64,000 nt of DNA from Antedon mediterranea (taxonomy: Eukaryota; Animalia; Echinodermata). The stretch is taken from assembly GCF_964355755.1 (NCBI RefSeq), contig NC_092674.1, positions 29,636,001-29,700,000 on the forward strand, given 5' to 3'. Of the stretch, positions 51,301 through 61,400 are shown in pieces. Every line of letters begins with the position of its first letter. The first letter of the stretch is position 1. The notes beneath the pieces were generated by a model. The model was not told the DNA's origin. It saw only the letters and a list, made by a program, of their open reading frames with translations, and ran no database searches. The position numbers and the translations under genes were made by a program.

Positions 51301-52102
51301 CACCTAACAAGTTGTTACCCGTTTATTGTGAAAACGTGATACAATAGTAGTGCATATAAGTTGCCATTTCATTCAATTCTAATCAATAATCCATTCATTC
51401 ATATCTAGTTTGAAGAATCAATATAGAAAATAAACGAATATTGATAAGAAAAACAAGTTTCAACTTGGAATGTGCTTTTTTAGTCGCTACACTTATTACA
51501 GCTGTTCACATTTCAACGATTCACCTCTATTCACTAAATAACTTCCTTCTCCTCTTATCTTTAAAGCAAAATGTTAAACATGAAATAATATGATTATTTA
51601 TACAGGACTGTGCATATGTCAACAGTGAATACAACACACTATGCAAGAATAAGTTGCGACACTAGGTAAAGTAATACAGTAATGATCATTTCATTAACTA
51701 ATCATATCACAATATCATCAAATTAGCAACATAGAAACGATATACAACTAGTCAACTCCCAAATTCTCCCAAAACCAGACGTTTCTTGAGGTTAAAAAGG
51801 TCCCAAATTGATTTTTACCAATTAAAAACACTTTCTCAATACCAGACTTTCTGGAAAACCAGACATATTTGGCCCGCCCAAAGGTATTGGGAGAGTTGAC
51901 TGTAATAACACCAGTCATTTCTTGTAGGTGGCTTCCAGCCTCCCACCAACCAGACCCAAGATATGTAGGGGAAATAAAAAGTCAGGTTATGCCCAAATAT
52001 GGTGTGCATGGCCAAGATAGTAGAAGTAATAAAACCAAAAAAATAACAATGGACGACCTAAAAACCAAATGGGGATTCCCCAAACTGGAATTGGTACGAT
52101 GA
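48396..52102 (+). CDS. Phytanoyl-CoA dioxygenase-like (PhyH) Fe(II)/2-oxoglutarate oxygenase; 8 exons starting ~48396, 48716, 49951, 50158, 50423, 50799, 51605, 51928
   Basis: LETDG|YLLIRGL, FDYKWLR|AM, HxD in GAHVDNVYMGRGT, LTMWTPFDDV..GTLAICESSH, FQAGDALIF, distal His in TVHMSTVN, and RISCDTR|W. Confidence 0.85.
48884..48985. repeat. 34-bp tandem repeat x3 beginning at a splice donor
   Basis: agtaggtgataaggccatatacacccgcatatac at 48884, 48918 and 48952. Confidence 0.9.
49160..49805 (+). mobile_element. 5'-truncated non-LTR retrotransposon (CR1/L2-like) 3' end
   Basis: Translates to ..ILNSLGWSTL..LLFKCLNGHAPP..HTKGTRSQ..GKRTFNYRSTKLWNFLP..STFKSQI, typical of the ORF2 C-terminus, with an in-frame stop. 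Followed by an AT-rich 3' UTR, aataaa and a short (taaa)n tail. Confidence 0.75.
50979..51121. mobile_element. MITE family A copy (TAA TSD); another copy at 50587-50715
   Basis: taa|aactctgtccacactatc...gatagtgtagacagagct|taa. Confidence 0.8.
51750..51904. mobile_element. Tc1/mariner-like MITE (CAGTCAACTCTCCCAA termini); inverted copy at 62404-62549
   Basis: agtcaactc(t)cccaa ... ttgggagagttgactg|ta in both copies; the interiors are reverse-complementary. Confidence 0.7.
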
Positions 52103-53035
52103 GAATGGACTTGAAGCACATACACAGACATTGGTAAAACATTTAAATGATGTAAAAATCATTACAGTATATTGCAGAGTAGAGGTCAAGTGAGGTCACC
52201 TAAAATAGGATTTACACATCTAGACATCCATAGAAAACATTGAGAGTAAAAAAAACCATAAATTTAACAAAAAGTGATGAAAACTAAACTACACAAAATA
52301 GAGACAGATTTGTTATGTACAGACAAGTGTAAAACATTAAAATGCGGATGTAAAAATCTTGACAGTATATCGCAGTGTAGAGGTCACCTAAAATAGGATT
52401 TCAACATCTAGACATCCAGAAAACACTCAGAGAAAAAAAACACCATTTTTTTTACAATAATGAAAACAACAGATTTGTTAGGTACCTAGTTTATTTACTA
52501 TAAAACAAATATATAGGTATATTAAGTTATGTATCATCTTATTTTTTAAATACAGTAATACCATTTAAAATTCTTGAAAAACTGAATAAAAAATAAAATA
52601 CTTACTGTAAAATTGTATTATAGTTTTACTTTTGGATATTAATATAAACAAAAATTAGCAAAAAAAACCCCCAAAAAACAGAGGCATGGGATGATTTTTT
52701 ATGATGAAAACAAGTTTTAGAAAAGAAATTAAAGTTACAGAAACCCTTCGTCATACTCTTTCATTTGTATAATAAATCCTTGGATCTAAATTGGCACTGT
52801 ACAGTATTTATTAGTAAAACAACCTAATGTGCATAGAAGCAGTAATAATATCTAAAATAAATGTTTTCAATACATTACTTTTAATCTTAATATTCGATAT
52901 TAATAAATGGTTATATTATAATATATTCAGTGCATTTGTCCACTTCTTTCAATCTTGCATAATTTATTTGAATCAAATTTTGTCCATTATTTTAAAATAA
53001 ATAAAATATCAATGCTGCCAAAATATGTGCTTAAA

Positions 53036-54021
53036 TCATTCATCCTTCGATTGCCGTCGTCTTTTCTTTTTCTGCCCAATCATCGTCTTCCAAGTGTGCG
53101 CATTTGCCCGGTCAGCCTTTGTTACTCGGCTAAAATCCAACGAACGTAAATTTGGAAGTTTGGCAAGGATGAAATGTCGGTACCCTCGTTCGTTCTCCAT
53201 CGGGTTACCGTGAAGAGTCAGTGTAATCAAATCGGGCAAGCCAGATAATTTGTCCACTTGCCCGCCATCTTCGATACCGTTGCCATGGAGGTACAACATT
53301 TTAAGGTTTTTAAAATTCAAAATAACCTAAAATAAAACAATTGAGATTATTTAAAATGTTTTAAATTCATAATTTTATGAACGATTATGATGAGAATAAT
53401 GTTAATGACATTATTTTATATGAATATACAATGATAATACTAATAATAATAATCTAATCAGACAAATACAAAGTACTTTGTTAACTTACAGGATCAATTT
53501 TAGTGAAATCATTCATAGATAAATCCAGCCAGAGAAGTTGGGAAGGTTCCACAATTAATTTATTCAAAACTGGTTCAAAATTACTCATTTCAGTGAGAGC
53601 GTTATTGTTGAACTTGACTGCTGTACACATGTACTTGCCTTCCTTGTCTTTTTTTATCTTGTGTTGAGTCTTTCTTGGATCTTCATCATGGGCATCTGGT
53701 GGTAAATCAAATATGGTAGTGATGTGTCCAAATATGGCAGTGTCAGTGATATGACATCATCATGTCCATATATGGGCATATCACATTTTTTTGTCATATA
53801 AAGTTTGATAGTTTAAACAGACATTTAGTAACACTTGCACCCAACATAGTATAATGCATACATAAAAATAAATACATCTATGACAAATAATAACCTTCAA
53901 ATATGGTCAATCCTTTGAAAGAAAAATCCAAGGGTGAGGAAACCTTGTTCGTTGAGTCTGTAGCTGATAACCGTGGTGATTTCATTAAGTCCGTCGTGTC
54001 CATGATCGATGTTGAACCCAT
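53036..54021 (-). CDS. LRRC51: Leucine-rich repeat-containing protein 51, ~207 aa; exons 54021-53895, 53695-53490, 53326-53036
   Basis: PLDFSFKGL, KFNNNAL, LLWLDLSMNDFTKIDP|VILNFKNLKMLYLHGNGI, LTLHGNPMENERGYRHFILAKLPNLRSLDFSRVTKADR (LRRcap). Spliced length is 624 nt, in frame. Probable UTR exon near 54844-54930. Confidence 0.88.
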
Positions 54022-54929
54022 CTTAATCTAACCAGGATTTCCTGGTGTCCTGCACCCTTATTTGGTACACCAGCAGATTTTAACTGAAGCAGGATGTAAG
54101 AATAGGTTGTTACAACACTAGATAGATACTGTATGTTTTTATGTACTATCATATGAAGCTGATAGCCTATGATGGTATAGCTATTAGCCTAGATATAGAG
54201 TGTTTTGTATGGTAGCGAGCAAAGACGCTTATCCTGGTGATTAATAAAGAATACAATACAATAATAATTAATATTTATAGATGAAACCTAGCCAAAATAA
54301 TTTTTCGGCATTTTTTTTAATTGATCAATTCACATGCATATTTTCAAATTGCACAATTCGTTCAAAATCCAAATCAGACAATATTTTAATTAAAATTTAA
54401 TATAATTAATAAATTAAAAGTTTAATCCTAATGTTCTCTACCGTACTAAAAATTGCTTAAAGCACCAGCAATTCAAGATGTAGGCCTAGGCCTAGTCTAC
54501 AGTGTAGACAGTATGACCGGTTCTACTAGGCCTAAGCTAGGCCTAGCTAGGCACTTAAACATATTGAATTATACTATGCCTAGCAAAATAATACACATTG
54601 AACTAGACTAGAGGTAGCCCAGTAGTTAGTGCACTGTGGCTGCTGGCCAGCAGTCCACCAGACCGTCCACACTCACTCAATAATATTATAATATGATATG
54701 TGTCTGCCTTAGCCTGTGCTGTGTGTTTTTTGTGTGTGGCTCGCCGTGCGCGGCCATATGGAAAGAAGGAACAATGTAAATAACACAGTACAAGTCAAAT
54801 TGTTTATTCTCTCAGTATAGTTAATTAATCAGAAAATACTCACCTTATGACTATTAACATTAATACTTATTTAAAATGTGTTAATTTTTATGTTTTTAAA
54901 GAGCTCGGCAGTCATCGAACTTCAGGAAG

Positions 54930-55110
54930 ATGATCGTTGTTATTGGAAACGCTCATATTGATAACAACCCCCTCTATCGGTAGAATGAATAAGTTCTCTC
55001 AAACTGTTTTCTGATTGGTCCGTACAAAGAATTAATTAGCATGCAAAACTTAACCGCTCCTTTTTTGAAAACAAAAACTGATCGAGGGATTGTTTCTTCG
55101 CCTAATGGAA
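54930..55110. promoter_or_regulatory. Bidirectional promoter LRRC51/NUMA1-like with candidate X-box (54936-54950), inverted CCAAT (55013-55018) and CHR-like TTTGAA (~55063)
   Basis: Divergent first-exon donors at ~54843 (- strand) and ~55190 (+ strand, gtgagt). Motifs GTTGTTATTGGAAAC, CTGATTGG and TTTGAAA are read directly; function is inferred. Confidence 0.5.
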
Positions 55111-55433
55111 GAAATACACGGCGCTGTTTTTCGCTTTTTCTCCCTATTTTAACTAATGTATAAAGAAGTTCATTGGTTTTAGATAAACTGTGAGTAATAA
55201 CGATGTCATAATTTTGAAAGTTTTGGACGATCGTCGATAGATAGGCCTATTAAAAGTATTAGCTTGGCTAGGCCTAGCTAGTAGGTACGTACGGTACGAC
55301 TACGGGGCGGTAGGCTATACGGCGGAGTACGTGCTGTCTGTGTGTCATTTTGTGTAGGCCTAGAGCTTTCCGATTTTCCATTGAATTCATTAATAATAAT
55401 CTAGCATGTCATTTTTGTTTACAGTTTGGGAAA

Positions 55434-58400
55434 ATGCCGTTGAACAACGGAAAGTTAAAATGTCTTGTCAATTGGGTAAGTTTTATTTTTATTATTCTGA
55501 CTAAACTGACAGACTAACAGTGTGTGACTCAGTCAGAGGCCAGCAGAGACTGAAAGAGTGCGTGTGATGACTTTTTACAAATATAAATTTATATTATAAC
55601 CATTACTATTATTAATATTAATATTTTATTTTGACAGATAAATTCCATCGGCGTTGGAAATTGCATTGAGTCTCTTCAGCAGCTCAATGATGGAATACAT
55701 TTTATTGAAATTTTAAAAATAATGTAAGTTGTTATGAGAGAATAAATTAATGACTTTATTGTTATCGATGTTGTTGGGAGGCTGTTTGTAGTTAAATTAA
55801 GTTAAAATTCTGAATTGTAGTCATGGTTGCTAGGCAGTGTAATTTTTTTTTTATTAAAATAAAGATTTTCTGGTTTCTGTACATTAGCTCAGTAAATTCT
55901 TAAATAGTTTTATTTATTTTTTTATAAATTATTTTTACAATTATTTGTTTGCTTCACAGAAATGGCGAAAATGGAGCATCTTATTGTGATATGCCGACAC
56001 AAAGATTTCGATTAATTAACACTTTTTTGGAAGGTAACTAACTGATAATTAAATCGCTAAAACTATTATTTGAATTTAGTTTAATGTATGAATATTTTAT
56101 TAATTATGTTTCCTTCTTGTAGATCACTACAATGTCTCAAACTTGAGAGAAATATTAAAGCCCGACAGAATCAGCAAAGGTGATATGCTTGAGTTGGCAA
56201 AGATAACATCGCTGTTTCTCTCCTCGGCTGTGCAATGCTCAAACAACGAACAGTTTGTGGAACCCATCACTAAGCTGGATGAAACATCTCAGATGAACTT
56301 GATGGAAATCATCCAGCACATCATTGGAGAGAGTGACGATGATGGCAGCCTCAGGCATGACTTTGCTGACATATTGTATAAGAAAGGTACAGTAGAACCT
56401 TACATACGGTACGGGACCGAAAGGCGTACGTAAAACATGGGTTTTGTAAAATCCAGGTTGACATTAGATTGACCCCCAAATACGTGCCTAAAAAGGGTGT
56501 CATGTTTGCCTACTTTACTCCTTCAACACTACACCAGGATTTTTTTTCACCGGGCTTGAAGATAGCTAAAGTCAAGCGACCATACATAGATTTAACTAAT
56601 ATACTCTACCCACCCTAAAAGCTTATTTTAAGGTCTTCGCTCAGTTTAACAGAATATCCACCGAAAAAACTCAGCCGCTTCTTGTTACTGTATCTATTTC
56701 AGACGTACAGTATCATAGCAAATTGGAAGTAGATTGTATGTGGAGATACAGCCCTGGGAATCGGATGAAAAACTTCAGGATCCCACCCACCCTTACAACA
56801 TTATTGACACTCACCTCTATACTTCTCACTAGTCCTTTTAAACTCTTTGTTATACTTTCGTTTGTCAACAGTGTACTTTGTTTTTTATTTTATACAATTT
56901 TGTTCTCGATTTTGTTCTTTATTTGGTGTTTGTTTTAGAATTGTTCTTTATTGTCTTTTCATTTTTATTTCATTATCAGTTTCTCAGACAAAGCCAAACA
57001 CCCCAACAGTGTTAAATGGATTTTTTGGAGGTAGTATTCATTGAAATATGACATTCTATATTATTCATGTACTCCATTATTTTAGAAAATAATATTTAAC
57101 ACATTCATTAACTTTTATTATTGGCTAGTAATTAACTTCATTGAAGCTGTTCTCTCACTCACAAAATTTGTTATTCAAATATACATTGCACTTCCATATT
57201 ATTATAGATCACCACTATGTAACGGTTAAAAAAAAATATGGATAAAATAGATAAAACCCCACCATTTAACCACCACCACCAGTTTGCTTTAAAGTTTATT
57301 CACCTCAAAGTGATACAGTGGAACTGCACTATATTCTGTAACATACTGTGAATCCAAAATACATTGAGGTTTTCACACATTAATAGGAGGCTTTTGATTT
57401 GCAATGGACGAGGATCTACTGTTAAAAGTTTAGACAGAGCTTAAGTCCTTGGTCATCACATATCAAAAGCTGCCTATAACCTGCTGTAGTAATGGTACTC
57501 ACTGGTTTGTCGGTTCAGTCTCTTGCTTTCAATTCACAGTGCCCTTGAATTAATTTGATAATAATAAAAAAAATGATAAATGTTTTTTGTATTATTATAT
57601 GTATTATGTATGTAGTTAGTAGTGTACTGTCTACTAACAAATATTACACTCACTGTACAATTTATAACATGCTCCCTCACGTAACTTTGTTTAATCTCTG
57701 AAATCAAGCTCTGTCTACACTATCAAATTTTATGTGACAAAAAAATGTGATGTGCCCAAATGTTTATTACTAATTATTTATATTAACAAAAACCAGGAAC
57801 GGTTGTCTCAGATAGACAGGCGGAGGTCGGCTGCTTAAAAATCCTACTTTTGTCAGAAATTTCATATTTTGTTAACTATAATATATATGATGTACTTTTC
57901 AGGAGAGCCAATGTCATGTGATGATAATATGGCGATGGTAGGCGGTAGCCCAACATTGCCAATGTTCATACCAGCATCGCCATTTATTCGCCGCAATCTA
58001 GAGCAGTCACCCATACTGTCACCAATTCGAAAATTTATGAGTTCGCCTCAAATGGCCCAGAAGGTAAAGATGAAACAAAACTTGTTTAGCTTTAAAAAAA
58101 ATCAAATTATTTAAAACTTTTTGTGGTTAGTAAAAGATTAGTTTATATGTTGCTTAGTTCTGTATTTAAAATTAAATATTTAATTCAATCTGAATTGCTG
58201 TAAATTTTTCAGATATCAATCCGTAAACTTCAAGGTCGTTGTAAGAAATTCGAATTTCGAGTTGGTCAAGAAATTGCACTAAGACAAGATAAGGAAGCAG
58301 AGCTAAGAGAAAAGGAAGCTCTTATCAAATCCAAAGGTAGTTTAGATGATTTTAAAAGATTGATTAGAGTTTGATTTGATCATAATAGATTTTTCATAAT

Positions 58401-61400
58401 GACTCATTTCTCGCTAACTAGCTAATGTTTGCTGGTTCTAATTTTTGCCAAAATTCGATTAATTTATTGATTATGCAATCAAAGGCTTGCTTTTTTTTTT
58501 CTAATTTTATTTAAAAATTATATTTAATACTTATTAGATTTGCAGATCCGAGAATTAAAGTTAGTAAAAACTAATCAGCGGTCGTATCGGGATGAAGCAG
58601 ATGAACATAAAGCAACTAAACTGGAACTAGAAAAAGTGCAGCGTGAAGTGGCAAGGTATACTCTGATACAGTAAAACACAAAGATTACCAAATGCAGCAG
58701 TCGACTGGCAAAAAACAAAAAAACCCCACATTTTTCACCAAAAAAAAATTGCCATTCTGCTAACATAAATAAAAGGGAATTTAAAAAGTGCTCCAGAGTA
58801 TGAATCACCCAGTTTGGGAGGAAAAAGTGTATTGCTATAATAATAATATAGATTTGCTTTTTTTTTTTAGACTTCGGAGGAAAACAGCAAATAGTGGAGA
58901 ATGTAAGGCAACGGTTGCACATCTAGAAAAAGAAGTTGAAACATTGATGTCTGAGAGGAATGAGATGAATAACATTGTACGTCAATTCACATTCAACCAT
59001 AGTAGCACTCTAAAATAAGTAGCACTCTAAACTAGATATTCAAAAAAGCCCACTAACATGAAACTTTTTTGGAAACTATCACTCATACCATAGCAATGTC
59101 TGCTTCCACAGTCGGGGTTAATGTTTTAATATTACTCTTACGTTTTTGCAGTTAAAGAACTATGATGCCATACGTTCAGAACGTGATGTACTGAAGGTGT
59201 CCCTCCATACAGAAAAGTACAGCAATGAGGAACTTCAAAGTGAAGCTAATCACTTGAGCCAAAAGGTGACAATTTTAACAAACTCAAACGAAGAGATGAA
59301 AAAATCTGCTGAGTTGAATATACAGATGCTGCAAGAGAAGATTGCAAGTCTGGAGGAGGAACTTGCAGACAAGAACTCATGTTAGTAGAACTTGTATATT
59401 GTTATATACTGTGTGTAATTTGAGTCTAATTCATGCTTAGCTTACCTAGATAAACCGACAATAGCCCGTGCTCTCCAGAGGGGAGGGCTTAGATACGAAA
59501 AGGTAAAAGTTCCTAATCCAGTGTGGTTCAGAAGTGTTCTAGGAACTTTTAACTTTTCGTATCTTAGCCCTCTCTCTAAAGAGCACAGGTTTACCAAAGT
59601 AAGCGGCACCCATAGAATAACACCACTATTGGTTTGTGTAATTTGAGGCTTAGTATCAGGGGTGAACTCCGGACCTTGGGATTGGAAAGCAAGCATGTTA
59701 ACCATTAAGCTACAACTCCACTACAGAGAAGTTTTCACAATATACATACATACCAAAGATTTGAACAGGTTAATTAACAAGTTATTAATTAAACATCTGA
59801 TTTTCTCCAGTGAACAGAAGTAAGGGAGAATCACTAGGAATGATTGCTGAGAGACGTTTGTTGGACTTGGAAGTTGAGATGGAGAAACTAAAATCAACAT
59901 GGATTGAACCAGGTTGTCATGCGGCACTTGACAAAAGTTATAAGGAAGTTTGTCAGGCAAAGAAAACATTTGAGGTAAAATAGTTTTGTTACTGTAACAC
60001 ACTAGTATGTAAATTTATATATCTAACATTGTAAGTATTTTATTCAGATAGAAATTATTAGAAATAATTTTCTGGGTTTCTTTTAGACAAACTATATTGA
60101 AGCAAAAACAGAATTATTTAAGGCTCTGAAACATGTGTCAGAGATTGAGACCGAACTTGAACTAAGTAACCAGCAGTGTTCAAACATCGCCAACAACCTA
60201 AAATGTTGCCAAGAGAAGTTTGACAACCTAAATCAGCAGCTCCATTTAGCTGAAGAACAAGCTACTACACTACAGACGGAAAACGACAGTCTACAAAAGG
60301 AGCTTCACAAAGTAAAGATTGAGAATGAAGGCGTATCGGCAGATTTTTCCAGAGTCAGCGGAGAGCTTATGGTGATGTCAAAAGAGAATGCATTACAGAA
60401 GGAAGCGCTTGATAGAGAAAGGGAGGGAAATAAAAAAAATGTAGAACACTTGAAGTCACATAATCAAGTGTAAGTACATTATAATAGTATTTAAGAGTGG
60501 AGTTGTGGCTTGGTAGTTATGATTCTTGGAAGGGTCATGGGGTCAAGTCCTGTCATGTCAGGATTTTTTCTGACAAATTACAACTCTACTCTTAAAGTGT
60601 AATAATACTTTGTTTATGTAGAGCATCTTGTGTATTTGTTTTTCTTGTGAACAAGATTGCCACATTTAAGAAGGATAGTGAATGAATTCGCTAATGGTTA
60701 TCCTTGGCAATTTGCCTAAATATATGTTTAAGCGCCTTGAGCAATCTTATTATTATTATTATGTATCAAAATAAAAAAAACAAGAAAGAAAAGAAAGAAC
60801 AAGATTAACATTTTTGTTCTTATATTTAGATTGCAAGGTGAGCTTGAAACTGTTGCAGACCAGTCAAAAAGAGAGGTTGAACAGATACAGTCTGATCTTG
60901 AAAGAATCAAAATGAATAAACAAAGTATAGAGTCTTCTATGAAAGATAAATTACATTCTGTTCAGGGCTCCCTTCATGCTCTCCAGATGAAATCCGACAA
61001 CCAGAATTGGGCACAGGAAGCCAAAATAAAAGCCCTAAAAGAAGAACTTCGTTCAGCGAGAAACAAAGCGCAGGAAATAATTGAAGAAGAAAGAGAAAGA
61101 CTCAAGAAGACCGAATTAGAATTAGAAAAGGTTAAAAAACAACTTGAAGAAGAGAAGAACGATAAAGCAAAGAAAATGTCTGACGGAGCAGTAGAATTTG
61201 AGAAGTTGCAAACACAATCGGAAAATTCTTACACACATTTACTTGAACAGATAAAGGTTATCTCAGAAAATAAAGAAAAGGTAGCTAGAGAATGGCAGGA
61301 GACACAAGCTGAAAAACAGACTGTTATTGAAAATTTGAATATCCAAGTTAAAAGTCTTAAAGATGAGTTAGCACAGCAGACAAAACAGTTTGCTGAAGAA

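Noticed and set aside
53036-53326. U2A'/SNRPA1 or another LRRcap protein
   Set aside because: The upstream exons (PLDFSF, WLDLSMN..IDP) and the NUMA-like neighbour fit LRRC51 better.
59640-59722. tRNA gene (also ~17020, ~47805, ~60497)
   Set aside because: Only A/B-box-like remnants; no convincing cloverleaf. Treated as SINE heads.
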